Shown: positions 21,610 through 32,500 of the stretch, one piece after another
Layout of the letters: the number at the start of each line of letters is the position of its first letter
Numbering within the stretch: the first letter of the stretch is position 1
Assembly (NCBI GenBank): GCA_937952095.1
Contig: CALFYG010000327.1
Location: forward strand, 1 to 50,245
Direction of reading: 5' to 3'
Origin: an uncultured Micrococcales bacterium
GTDB taxonomy: Bacteria > Actinomycetota > Actinomycetes > S36-B12 > UBA10799
DNA: 50,245 nucleotides
The notes under the pieces: generated by a model
The model's database searches: none
Seen by the model: the letters and a program-made list of their open reading frames with translations, nothing else
Told to the model about the DNA's origin: nothing
Made by a program: the position numbers and the translations under genes

Positions 21610-24600
21610 ATGCCTGCTGAACGACAGGACCACCCCGCCCGCACCGCCGCCGGGCGGTCCTTCCGTGCCTTGCCGAAGATGGTCGGGGGCAAGGTGATCG
21701 ACGGTGACGGCGACATGCGGGTACTCGACGGCACCAAGATGGAACGGGCAGCGACCCCCGCCGAACTGAAGCTGTCCCGCAAGCTCCGGGCGCTCGCCAA
21801 GGGTGGAGGCGGCAAGCGCCGCACCCGGGGACCGGTCACTCGCCGGACCCGTGATCGGGACGCCCTCAAGGCCCAGGCGCTCACCAACGCCCGCAAGAAG
21901 GTTCGGCGGCGCCCGACGACCGAAGCGCCGTCGAAGGCCCACATGCAGAAGAAGGGCCGGGCCGCATGGGGCAAGGTCGACCGGGTCGACATGATCGACG
22001 TGCCCGAGGGCGACGACGAGACGGTCGGCGCCGAGGTCGACGGACTCAAGATCCGCCTGCCCCGCAACGGCGGCCGCCCCTACATCGACACCGAGAACGG
22101 CCCGGTGCCGCTCGACGGGGTGTTCGTGTCCCGCCCCGAGGTCGACGCTCTCCTCAAGGGCTCCAAGGACACGTTCGACGCCGACAAGTTGACCCCCGAA
22201 CAGCACGACGCTGTCCAGTCCGCATGGGGCAAGGTCGACCGGCTGCACGGCGGGCAGACCGTGTCCGGCGAGGACCGGTCCGTGTCCGTCGCCGACATCA
22301 CCGACTCCCACGGCGAGAAGATCGTGTTCAGCGTGCCGGACCGGGGCGGCGAGGTCACCGTCGACTACCGCCGGGACCGGTCCGAGATGACCGACGAGGA
22401 GATCGCCCGGGGTGACGACCCGTGGCTGACCGACCAACCGACTGGCATCTTCCTCGACGAAGCCGAGGTCGACGCCAAGCGCCAAGGCAAGGCTGCACCC
22501 GAGTTGGACGCCAAGCGTCGCCGCCAGGTCCGTCAGCGGACCGAAGCACCGGTCAAGCCCGAGGGTGACGACTTCGACCGTGCCAACCCGAACAGCGACC
22601 TGTCGGAGAAGCTGATCGAGGACGGCGGGTTCACGATCGACCCGGCCGACGGGTCCGGGCCGACCGTCGGCTATGTGGTCGCCCGCCCCGGCCACTCCAA
22701 GATCATGACCCGCGAAGAGTTCGAAGCGGGCGGCGAACACGACATCAACGAGTACCTCCGCAAGCTGCGGGACGAGGAAGCGAACCCGGACGTGATGCTG
22801 GGCGGGTGGTACGACGCCCGGCACGACGAGATCGTGCTGGACCGGGTCGAAGTGGTCGACTCCGAGGACGAGGCGGTGCGGCTCGGCCAGGAACGCAACG
22901 AACAGGCCATCTGGGACCTGAAGGGGCAGCGGGAGATCCCGACCGGTGGCACCGGGACAGGTGCGGACCGCAAGCCGGTGACGCCCGTGTCGGCCGATTC
23001 GACCGACGCCGACGTCGATCGGTCGTTCGCCGAAGCGGTCGACGCTGCTGTGCCCGAGGCGCGCCGCAAGCGTGTCGCCGAGGGTGGCGGACCCCGGGGC
23101 GACACCGTGAAGGACGCCGTGGCCGAGGACGTGGTCGACATGGCCCGCGAGTCCGGCATGACCGACGACCAGATTCGTGGTGCCCTGGACCGTAACGGTG
23201 GCCCCGACGGGGTGGACCGGGCGTCGTTCGACAAGGCGCTGGACCGTCCCCGTCCCGACGACATGAGCGGAACCTCACCTTCCGAGGGTGACGTGACCGC
23301 CGGTCGCGCCCTCGCTTTGCAGCGGGTGAAGGATGCGGCGTCGACCACACCGGCAACGTCACAGCCGAAGCCGGGATCGCCTGACATCCCCGCCGACGTG
23401 GCCGGTCTGCCCGGCGTCGACTCAGGGTCCGGCACGAAAGAGGATCCGCTGCGGGTGTCGGACATGTCGACGGCCGTGAAGCTCCTCGGTGACGGCAAGT
23501 ACCACATCCAGTTGAACCGCCCGGATGAGGTCGCCACGCTGCTCGACAAGGTCCGCGAAGAGACGGCGAAGTTCAAGGAGCGGGGCGAGAAGGAACCGGT
23601 GTTCAACCTGTGCCTCGTCTCGGTGCCGGGTTCCAACCTCTTCTGTGTTGACGACCAGACGGAGATGATGACGAGTCGGGGATGGCGTCGGTACGACGAA
23701 CTGTCCGTCGGTGACACGGTCCTTACCTTGAACCACGACACCGGCCTGGCCGAGTGGCAGCCACTGGAGGCCGTGAACGTCTTTCCCTCCGAGGACAGGC
23801 TGGTTCTCTCGATGGAGGGTCAGTTCCATTCGTCTCTTACGTCCAGCGAGCACCGGTGGCCTGTTGTCCAAACAAAGACGGGGGCCAGACTCTGGAAGGT
23901 GAGCGAAACGCTCCTGACAACGGACCGCATCCAGACCGTGGCGCCGGTGGCGAATCTCCCGACGGAGCCAAAGTATGAGGACGCCTTCGTTGAGCTGGTC
24001 GCGTGGGTCTGGACGGAGGGCACCTTCGACGGAGCCATGACACGGATCTACCAATCTCACCGCTACAACCCTGGGTACGTCGCCGACATCGCTCGAACCC
24101 TGACGTCCCTGTTCGGCGATGAGCGCGCCGAACTGCAGTCCATTCGCACGGCGCTCAAGGGCGGTAGGACCGGGGCGGTGCGCGCTCCCACCCCGGGGTG
24201 GCGTCGATCCGAGAACGACTCAACGGGCATGACTTCGTTCTTCTTGAACGGGGCGGCCAGCACGGCGCTACGCACCGTGATGGATGGTGACAAGGTTGTG
24301 GACCCATCCTTCATTGCCAGTCTCACCCTGTCGCAGTTGCACCTGTTCATAGATCGCTCGGTCGACGCTGACGGTCATCGTGGCCGAGTGGAAGGCTTCT
24401 CCCAGCGCAGTGTCGAGAGGGTGCGGATCTTTGAGATGGCCTGCGCCCTCGCCGGGGTGAGGACCAACACGACTGAACGGCCAGAGACGCGCCCCGGCAG
24501 GAAGAGTGGCCTCGTCCAGTACCAGGTCGGGGTACTGCGACGGTCATCGCCGTACACGTCGCCCATGTCGACCAAGAACCGACCAGAGTGCCGGACGAGA

Positions 24601-25473
24601 GTGGAGTGGGTCCACCACAAGGGGATCCTGTGGTGCCCCACCACGCCGAACGGAACCTGGCTGGCGCGACGTAGGGGCACAGTGTGGTACACGGGCAACT
24701 GTGCCGATAGCGTGGGTTACGACCGTATTCGCATGCCGCAGTTGTCGACGGCCAACCCGGTCCCCGGGTCCTATGCCGACTCCCTGCCCCGCAACGGCAA
24801 GGGCGAAGTGGACTTGACCGAGGACTTCCTCAAGTGGCTGGAAGAGGTCAAGGGCATCAAGGTGAAGCGGGGCACCAAGGTGTACGCCTCGCATCTGCGG
24901 GCATCGCAGGCCGAGCTGCGGGGCGGCAAGGTGACCGGCATGATGGAAGGCATGAAGGCGGGCAAGGTTCCGCCCGGTGTCATCTCGCAGACCAGCGACG
25001 GTTACATCATCGACGGACACCATCGTTGGGCGGCCAACACGGGCCTGTCCATGGGCGGATCGAACCCGGTGATGGAGACGAACACGATCGACGCCGACAT
25101 CGTCACCATCCTCGCTCTCGCCAACCAGTTCGCATCCGACATGGGGTCCCCGCCGATGGCTGCCAGCGTCTCAGGTCGCACCACGAAGCCCGTCCTGTTC
25201 TTTGCCGGGGTCGACCGGCCAGAACAGTCCAAGGCGTTCACCGAGGTCGGGTGGCTCACCCCCGACGGGTTCGCTCCCACCCCCGTGTGGGGTGACCTGC
25301 CGGGCACGGATCCGGCCACCGTGTACGTCGGTGACGCCCCGTGGGCCGGGATGGACCCGGACGGCCTGTACGACTCGGCGGTCGTGATGGCGTCGCCGGT
25401 GTTCACGACGGACGCCCCGGACGTGGCCGACCCGCCGGAACTGGTCGACCCGCCCGACTCGGCGTTCGGCTGA
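21610..25473 (+). CDS. Polyvalent-type protein (1287 aa precursor) with an N-terminal DxDxDG motif, an internal WGKVDR duplication, and a ParB/Srx-like DGHHR domain interrupted by an intein
   Basis: ATG 21610 lies 8 nt after the protease stop (the ORF-track start 21466 overlaps the protease gene). ..SQAELRGGKVTGMMEGMKAGKVPPGVISQTSDGYIIDGHHRWAAN is ParB/sulfiredoxin-like. The intein is at 23644-24699. Confidence 0.7.
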   Translation: MPAERQDHPARTAAGRSFRALPKMVGGKVIDGDGDMRVLDGTKMERAATPAELKLSRKLRALAKGGGGKRRTRGPVTRRTRDRDALKAQALTNARKKVRRRPTTEAPSKAHMQKKGRAAWGKVDRVDMIDVPEGDDETVGAEVDGLKIRLPRNGGRPYIDTENGPVPLDGVFVSRPEVDALLKGSKDTFDADKLTPEQHDAVQSAWGKVDRLHGGQTVSGEDRSVSVADITDSHGEKIVFSVPDRGGEVTVDYRRDRSEMTDEEIARGDDPWLTDQPTGIFLDEAEVDAKRQGKAAPELDAKRRRQVRQRTEAPVKPEGDDFDRANPNSDLSEKLIEDGGFTIDPADGSGPTVGYVVARPGHSKIMTREEFEAGGEHDINEYLRKLRDEEANPDVMLGGWYDARHDEIVLDRVEVVDSEDEAVRLGQERNEQAIWDLKGQREIPTGGTGTGADRKPVTPVSADSTDADVDRSFAEAVDAAVPEARRKRVAEGGGPRGDTVKDAVAEDVVDMARESGMTDDQIRGALDRNGGPDGVDRASFDKALDRPRPDDMSGTSPSEGDVTAGRALALQRVKDAASTTPATSQPKPGSPDIPADVAGLPGVDSGSGTKEDPLRVSDMSTAVKLLGDGKYHIQLNRPDEVATLLDKVREETAKFKERGEKEPVFNLCLVSVPGSNLFCVDDQTEMMTSRGWRRYDELSVGDTVLTLNHDTGLAEWQPLEAVNVFPSEDRLVLSMEGQFHSSLTSSEHRWPVVQTKTGARLWKVSETLLTTDRIQTVAPVANLPTEPKYEDAFVELVAWVWTEGTFDGAMTRIYQSHRYNPGYVADIARTLTSLFGDERAELQSIRTALKGGRTGAVRAPTPGWRRSENDSTGMTSFFLNGAASTALRTVMDGDKVVDPSFIASLTLSQLHLFIDRSVDADGHRGRVEGFSQRSVERVRIFEMACALAGVRTNTTERPETRPGRKSGLVQYQVGVLRRSSPYTSPMSTKNRPECRTRVEWVHHKGILWCPTTPNGTWLARRRGTVWYTGNCADSVGYDRIRMPQLSTANPVPGSYADSLPRNGKGEVDLTEDFLKWLEEVKGIKVKRGTKVYASHLRASQAELRGGKVTGMMEGMKAGKVPPGVISQTSDGYIIDGHHRWAANTGLSMGGSNPVMETNTIDADIVTILALANQFASDMGSPPMAASVSGRTTKPVLFFAGVDRPEQSKAFTEVGWLTPDGFAPTPVWGDLPGTDPATVYVGDAPWAGMDPDGLYDSAVVMASPVFTTDAPDVADPPELVDPPDSAFG
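23644..24699 (+). mobile_element. Intein (352 aa) with a LAGLIDADG-type homing endonuclease insert
   Basis: Starts with Cys (..GSNLF/CVDDQTEMMTSRGWRRYDELSVGDTVLTL, block A). Block B-like SSLTSSEHRWPV. Endonuclease-like VELVAWVWTEGTFDG and LHLFIDRSVDADGH. Ends ..ILWCPTTPNGTWLARRRGTVWYTGN/C with the terminal Asn followed by a +1 Cys. Confidence 0.75.
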
Positions 25474-25476
25474 CCG

Positions 25477-28400
25477 ATGCCGTTCGACGCGAACGACGTC
25501 TGGCACGACCCGGGCAACGGCCAGTTCGCCCCCCGGGGCTGGTCGACGGCGAAAGCCCTCGCTCTCAAGGCGGCGCGGGCGCTACTGACCCGTGACCGGA
25601 TCCGCCGGGACCGGTCCGGCCGGGCACGTTTGCGGACCGGGGTGCTGGCCGACGCCGGGGTCCGCAAGGGTGACGTGGTCGACGTCCGTTGGGGCGACGA
25701 CGACTTCGCCGAGGTCGTCCTGCCCGAACCGAAGGCCCGGGGCCTGCGCCGGTACCGGGTCAAGTGGTCGGACCTGGACGACGACTACGCGTCACCGCCG
25801 ATGCGGGTCGTGTCCCCCCGTCCGGGCGCCAAGTTGCAGCCGATCACCCGGGTGCAGCGGCAGCGGTTGCCGAACATGAACGCCGATGGGGCGACGTGGG
25901 AAGTGACGCTGTACGGCGACAAGGACGTGGAACTGTCGAAGGTGTTCACCGACGACGCGTCGCTCGACGTGCTGTCCGACATGCTGGACACGGGCGCCTT
26001 GGCCGAGGCCGCCCCGGGCGGGAAAGGCACCGTGACCCGCCCGTTCACGACGTGGGTCGACCCGGACGACCGTGAAGCGAACGCGGCTGACAGTGCGATG
26101 GCGTCGCTGCTCGACATCCGCCACCAGATCGCCGTCGCCGTCCACCAGAACATCCGGTCCACGGTTGAGGACGGCGACTGGACCGCTGCCCGGATCGGGG
26201 TGTTCAAGGACACCCCCGGTCACCGGGCGGCTTTCCATGACTCGGCCCGGGACTCCGACCCGACGTCGGCCTACCAGTTCACTGACATGTCCCCGGAGAA
26301 GGCGAGCGGCCTGCGGTCCGCCCTGGCGCGCAACGGGGTGCTGGCCGACGCCGGGTTCCGCTTCGGCGCCGACCCGGGTCCGGTGATGTTCACCGACGGC
26401 CCTGGGGGCACGGCCACTTACGGGGGCCGCCAGTTCACGGTGGACGAGATCGACGCCCGCCTGGCCGCTTCCGGCGAGAAGTACCCGGGTGTCACTGACT
26501 TGGCGGCCCGGATGGGTTCGACGGTGGTGGTCACCGACGCCACCGGCATGCAGCGCCGGGTGTTCGACCCGCTGTTGCCTGCTATGAGTGACAGGCCCGG
26601 CGTCCCGGCGACCATGAAGGTCCACCTCGGTGGTGTGAACGGCCCGGACGATCGGGGTTTCACTCCCTATGACGTGTTGGACGAGGCCGGGTCCCAGGTC
26701 GGGACGGTCCACATCGCATCCTCAGCCTCGTCCAAGGAAGCGGGTGAAGTGTTCGACGGCCTTGCCGGGGACATCACCCTCCCAGCCGACGACCGACGTC
26801 CGTGGCCGGACATCGGACATGGGTTCGCGTCCATGGACAGGCTCCGGTCCGACCTGTTGAGCCGAGAGTACGGTGCGGGGTCGCGCATCACTTCCAGCGG
26901 GGAGTCCCGGGCTTTCCCGGTCGGGGATCGGACGGTGGTCGCCGTCGGCATCGCCCCCAGGTTCTTCGTGTTCGACCCGGAGAAGCGCACCCTCACCCCG
27001 ACGGACAAGGAGCGGCCACTTCTCCGCAACGTGGACATGGACACGGTCCGTCAGTTCGCCTATGCGACCCGGGCCGGGATGGACCCGGCCGACTTCAAGG
27101 GGTTCCGCGACGACGGCGGGGTCGCCGACGTGGACGGCCTACACCTCGACGGCATCGACGCCGAGACGTTCGGGCAGTTCGACCGTCTGCGCCGTTCCCG
27201 CCAGGCGCAGCAGGCGGTGGCGGCCGAGTTCGGCGACCGCGACATCACCCCCGACGGGTTCTTCACCGCTGACGCTTTCGCTGCGATGGCCGAGGGTGTC
27301 GTGCGGGATTTCGAGGACAGGCCCGAGACGAAAGTGCGCCCATTCAAGCTGACCAAGGACGGGTGGACTGCGAGGACGAGCGACTTGAAGGTGCAGAAGG
27401 AGTGGATGGGCCATCTGCCGGTGGCGGACACGTTCACGGCTGCCGCCGAGCATGTCGGCGACGGACTGCCCGACGACCCGATGGCCGGACTGGCGGATCT
27501 CCAGTCGCGGGTCGGCCGCTTGTACGACTCGGTGCTACGGAACCGCAACGCCCGACTCGTCGGCCCGGTTCCCGACGCTCGCAACGAGACGGCCGACCTG
27601 TTGGGCGAGATGCAACGCCAGGAATGGCTGCACGCCAAGGCGTCCGATTTCGACGCCGTCGAGGTGCAGGCGTCGGACCTGAACGTCGGGGACTCGTTCT
27701 CCACCGAACCTGACCACAAGCTCACTTGGCGGGTCACGAAAGTCAACCCGGCGGCAGGCAACGAGATCCACGTCTATGTGGTCGACGCCCAGATGGGCGG
27801 CAACCCTCGGATCTTCACCTACGGGCCGAACGACAGCCTGTATCGCGTCACCCTGAACGCCGAGAGGCGCAAAGCGATAGCCGGTCAAGTGGCGCAAGTG
27901 CTCACCGATCACGGGTACCCGGCCGACACCGACTACCGCAGCCTCCCGGCCATGATCCTCGCCAAGCACGCCGTCGACGGCGACGCCTACACCGACAACC
28001 TGATCGACGGTCTGCTCGACACGCAGAACGGGACGTGGGCGGACTCCAGCCAGTCGCGGTTCTCGACGCTGCAGCAGGTGGCCATCCTTGAGATGCAGGG
28101 CCTGTCCCCTGACGAGTTCCCCGGTTGGTCCGGGTGGCGGGCGAAGAGGGACTCGGGCCGCGGGTTCGACACCGAATACACGCCGGGTGAACGGGCGATG
28201 GCCCGTCTGGCTGCCCTGTCGACCTACACCCTTACCCAGCACGAACTGGGCGAACAGGGGTTCGGGCCGGACGACGTGATGATCCTGCACCGGGGCACCG
28301 ACGAACCGGCCGCCGATGCTGCCGCCGACGTGGGCGACCTTGTGTGGGCCTCCAGTAACCCGTTGGCGTCCTACGCATCCTCGGCGACGGTCGCCAACAA

Positions 28401-29532
28401 GTTCGCCCAGGATGGCCCGGTGATGACCCAGCGGGTGCCGCGGTCGCGGATCTTCTCGACCGCCAAGACCGGCCCCGGCACCTACAGAGAGGACGAGATC
28501 GTCGTCATGGGTGACCCGGACGGCTACCTGTCCCGGGTGACGTCCGGCGGCGGCGGCGCAGCCGAACGGCGCGACGCTGTGAAGAAGCACTTGTCGGACA
28601 TGGCCGGGATCGTGGACGTGGCACCGTTGGCAGGAGCGACGTCGGATGAACGGTATATGGCGGTGAAGGCGTGGAAGTTGAACCGACCGATCCACCCATT
28701 CGTGCCGGATGCCGTGGAGGCGGCCGGGGACATTCGTGACGGGTCGTTCATCGACCGGTTCGAACGGCCGGTTGCTCGGTATGGGTCGATCACCCCGGAC
28801 AGCCTCGGTTCCGCTCTCGCCATGATGGTCAACACCGACATCACCACGAACACCCCCGACGACGTCGACCGCGTCACCCTGGTCGACTCGGCGATCCAAG
28901 CGATCCAAGCGTTCACCCCCGACCCGGCCGATGAACGGTTCTGGGTCCGGCGTGCTTCGGGTGACCCGTACCGTCCGATGGGACCCGACGAGCTGGACGC
29001 CTTCCGCAAGCAGGTGTCCACGGACCTACTGCACGCTGGGGGGCTTGCCTACAACCGGCGGGACGACACGGTGCCGGTCCGCACCCCGATGTTCGACGGC
29101 CGCATCGTCGTCGACACGGGCCGATCCGGGTTCGGCCCGTGGTGGGATCCGGGGCGGCTGTTGACGTTCACCGGACCGGACGCCGAGGCGGATTCGTTGC
29201 GGGCGGTTGCCGAAGCGAAGGCGGCGAAGGCTGCGAAGCCCCGCCTGGTGGAAACCAAGGTGGAGAACGTGGAACCGGGGTCGATCCTCTACAGCGACGA
29301 CGGTGACCTGTGGGAAGTGGTCGACAGGCCCGTCCAGGTCCCCGGACGGTCGGGGGTTTGGAGGTTCAGGCGGCGGAACCTCAAGACCGGCAAGGTCGGC
29401 GAGGTCGAGAGTGTGTACACGCTGGTGGTGACCGGCCCGATCGTCACCCCGACCCTGTTCACCCCGCCGGTCCCCGACGATACCGTGGTGCCCGTCCCCG
29501 ACGGTGGGGCTCCGGTTCCGGCAGGGGTGTGA
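25477..29532 (+). CDS. Polyvalent-type protein with an R-S-ExE ADP-ribosyltransferase-like domain (paralog 1, 1351 aa)
   Basis: N-terminus VWHDPGNGQFA. ART-like region ~28000-28520: DGLLDTQNGTWADSSQS, ILHRG (Arg 28291-28293), PLASYASS, YREDEIVVMG (E-x-E 28489-28497). Only 3 nt separate it from the upstream stop. Confidence 0.65.
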   Translation: MPFDANDVWHDPGNGQFAPRGWSTAKALALKAARALLTRDRIRRDRSGRARLRTGVLADAGVRKGDVVDVRWGDDDFAEVVLPEPKARGLRRYRVKWSDLDDDYASPPMRVVSPRPGAKLQPITRVQRQRLPNMNADGATWEVTLYGDKDVELSKVFTDDASLDVLSDMLDTGALAEAAPGGKGTVTRPFTTWVDPDDREANAADSAMASLLDIRHQIAVAVHQNIRSTVEDGDWTAARIGVFKDTPGHRAAFHDSARDSDPTSAYQFTDMSPEKASGLRSALARNGVLADAGFRFGADPGPVMFTDGPGGTATYGGRQFTVDEIDARLAASGEKYPGVTDLAARMGSTVVVTDATGMQRRVFDPLLPAMSDRPGVPATMKVHLGGVNGPDDRGFTPYDVLDEAGSQVGTVHIASSASSKEAGEVFDGLAGDITLPADDRRPWPDIGHGFASMDRLRSDLLSREYGAGSRITSSGESRAFPVGDRTVVAVGIAPRFFVFDPEKRTLTPTDKERPLLRNVDMDTVRQFAYATRAGMDPADFKGFRDDGGVADVDGLHLDGIDAETFGQFDRLRRSRQAQQAVAAEFGDRDITPDGFFTADAFAAMAEGVVRDFEDRPETKVRPFKLTKDGWTARTSDLKVQKEWMGHLPVADTFTAAAEHVGDGLPDDPMAGLADLQSRVGRLYDSVLRNRNARLVGPVPDARNETADLLGEMQRQEWLHAKASDFDAVEVQASDLNVGDSFSTEPDHKLTWRVTKVNPAAGNEIHVYVVDAQMGGNPRIFTYGPNDSLYRVTLNAERRKAIAGQVAQVLTDHGYPADTDYRSLPAMILAKHAVDGDAYTDNLIDGLLDTQNGTWADSSQSRFSTLQQVAILEMQGLSPDEFPGWSGWRAKRDSGRGFDTEYTPGERAMARLAALSTYTLTQHELGEQGFGPDDVMILHRGTDEPAADAAADVGDLVWASSNPLASYASSATVANKFAQDGPVMTQRVPRSRIFSTAKTGPGTYREDEIVVMGDPDGYLSRVTSGGGGAAERRDAVKKHLSDMAGIVDVAPLAGATSDERYMAVKAWKLNRPIHPFVPDAVEAAGDIRDGSFIDRFERPVARYGSITPDSLGSALAMMVNTDITTNTPDDVDRVTLVDSAIQAIQAFTPDPADERFWVRRASGDPYRPMGPDELDAFRKQVSTDLLHAGGLAYNRRDDTVPVRTPMFDGRIVVDTGRSGFGPWWDPGRLLTFTGPDAEADSLRAVAEAKAAKAAKPRLVETKVENVEPGSILYSDDGDLWEVVDRPVQVPGRSGVWRFRRRNLKTGKVGEVESVYTLVVTGPIVTPTLFTPPVPDDTVVPVPDGGAPVPAGV

Positions 29533-29533
29533 C

Positions 29534-32500
29534 ATGGCCTACGACAAGCTGGGGGTTTGGCACGATCCGGGGAACGGTCAGTTCGCCAAACCCGGATTTT
29601 CTTCGGCGAAGGCGCTCGCCCTCAAGACGATGCGCGAGGTCATCGGGGCGATGACCCGTGACCGGGTGAAGGACCGGCACAGGGACTGGGTGATCCTCCG
29701 CACCGACCTGCTCGCCGACTACGACTTGCATGCGGGCGACGTGGTCGACGCCCGGTTCGTGGACGACGACTGGGCGCAAGTAACGGTCAGTGACCCGGAC
29801 ACGGGTTTCGACCGTGTGGTGAAGGTGCCGTGGTCGTCGTTCGACGACGGGTGGGAATCGGAGTGGGGTCCGTCGCCGGTGCGCCCGGACCGGGATCTGA
29901 CGTGGAAGCCTTCCGCTCTAGCGGACGGGAAGATGTCCAAGGCCACCAGCTCGGAGCTGGTCGATGGAACGACCGTCCGGGTCCACACCGCGGCGGGTGG
30001 CGTTGTCGACATCGTGACCAGGGATGAGCACCAAGCGGAAGCGGTCAAGGGTCTGCTCGACAACGAGATGGCCGGGGATGATGGGCTGCCAGTGTGGGAG
30101 TTCAACGGCATTCCCCAACGCAGTTTCAGGTGGACCGACAACATTGCTAGCAATCTCGCCATCCTCGACCATCGGGGCCGTGTGCGGGTGTTGGACGACA
30201 ACAACGGTGGGCGCCGGGTCGAGATCGGCAGTCCCCCCGGCCAGCCCCCGACGGTCGTCACGATCACCCCGACCAGCGTGACCAGCAGTTACGGGACCGG
30301 GGACGGCTTCAGTTGGCTGGCCCCGGAACGCAACCCGGCGGCGTCGGTGGACGACCTGGCCGACGCCGCCGTTGCCGTGGCCCCCATCGCACCGTCCCTG
30401 ATGAGCCAGGGCATCCCGGTGGCACCGACGGTCACGCCGGACGGGATGCGGTTCGGCGACTGGTTGTTCTCGTTCAAAGAAGTGCAGGATGCGGCGATCG
30501 GTGCCAGGAACCATCTGAACCCGTCGTCGGGCGTCATCTCCGTGCTGTTCCCCAAGGCCGACTTCGATGTCGGCATGGGGGTCCGCTACGAGGGCTTGAA
30601 CCCGGATAATCCCGTCGGCTATGTCGGGACGTTCGACGTCGACCGCGTTGAAGATGTGGACGGGGTGTGGGCTGTCGCCCTCAAGGGTGGGACGTCCTTG
30701 GCTTTCACCGGGATGGACGCCGCCGAGGTCCCTGAAGCGGACGCTCTGGCGGCGGTCGAACGTGTCACCGACGGACTGCCGACGTTCGACAGACTGGATG
30801 TCGCCATCGGCTCCCTTCCGTTCGACAAGTTGACCGACCCGGACCCGGACCCCGACACAGTCGCTTGGATGCGCGGCGCCCTCGTCTCCGCGTCCACGGC
30901 GACACTGGGTACCCCGCCGATGGCTTATGACGCCGGGGACGGCCAGGTTCTCTCCCTCGGCGGAAAGCCCTGGGGCGGCACGACGTTGTGGCGCGACAAG
31001 GCGACGGGCGACGTGTTCTACCGGTACGCCAAGCATCCAGACGGGACCCCAGGACCAGTGAACGGCACGGTGCTCGCTACCGGCACCACCGAAGAACAGG
31101 CCCGGTCGATCCTGTACGGGTGGTCGAACGGGCTGGACCCGTCGATCGGTGCGGCCATCGTCGAGCAGGGTGGGAGCATCTCCCGCACCGGCCGGATTCG
31201 CACGGGGGACGGCCGGACTTTGACCCCTGACTCCTTCCTGGCGGAACTGTCCGCTTGGGCGATGGCGGGCGAAGGGCGGGAAGGGGTCGCCAAGCTGGCC
31301 CCGACGGTCGCCGACTTCTCGTCGCCGACAGCGTTCGCAGCGTTCGGGGAGCGTGCCCTCCGGGTCGGTGCTGATACCCCGGACAGCAAACTGGGCGACA
31401 TCGTGATCAACGCCCCGTCCGGGGCAACGTGGGCGTCCGATGACGTCGACCTGGCCCGACAGAAGGCATGGCTGTCGCACTTCCCGGTGCTCGACACGTT
31501 CAAGGCGGCGATCCGAGCCGATCTCGACACCCCGGACGGTTTGACCGAAGAGGAACGCACTCAAGTGGTGCGGGACCGGGTGTCTCGCACCCTCGGCATG
31601 TTCAACCGGCAACGCAACATCCAACTGGACTCGGCGTTGGCACGGTGGAACATGGACATGTTCACTGTGGTCGACAACGCGAACCAGCAGGCCGGTGCCG
31701 CCAGCGACAAGGGTCGAGCGGCGCTGGAGAGCGAGGTTGTCGCCGACATCGGGCTCCCCGAGGGTCTGACCGTGGACGAGAAGGTCGACCGGTTGCTCGA
31801 CCGTCTCGACACCCTCACCCTCAACGACGGACGTCCTGCGGTCGCCGGGATAATCGACGGTCTGCTCGACACGCAGAACGGGTCGTGGGCCGACAGCTCG
31901 CAGTCCAACCAGGCCACCGCCTTGCAGTTCGCTGCGCTCGACCTGCAAGGGCCGGACGTGACCGGCGGGTTCAACTCGTGGAAGAAGTGGTCCGACAAGC
32001 GGGCCGAGGACAACGACTATAACCGGGGCTTCACCGCCGGGCAGATGATGATGGCCCGGCTCATGGTGGCGTCCACGTACACGCTCACGCAGAGCGACCT
32101 GGACAAGCGTGGGTTCGGCCCGGACGACGTGGTCATCACCTATCGCGGGTCCGATGAGCCACAGTTCCAGATGGCTAGCACCGCTGGCAGTTTCGGTGAC
32201 CGCATGTGGGTGCAGACCAACCCGTTGGCGGCGACCGCTTCGACCTATGCCTCGTCGTTCAAGAACGGCGGCAAGGTGGTGGTCGCCCAGCGGGTGCCGC
32301 GGTCGAAGATCTTCGCCACCGCAGCGACCGGGACAGGTACCTATTCCGAACATGAGGTCGTCACCATGGGCGCCCCGGACGGCTACCTGTCCGCCCTGGC
32401 CGACGCCTACCCGACCCGGCCTGATATCGAGGACGTGTTGCGCCACACCGACGACCTGTCGGACGTGGTCAACGTGGATGCGATCCACGACCTGCCGTCG

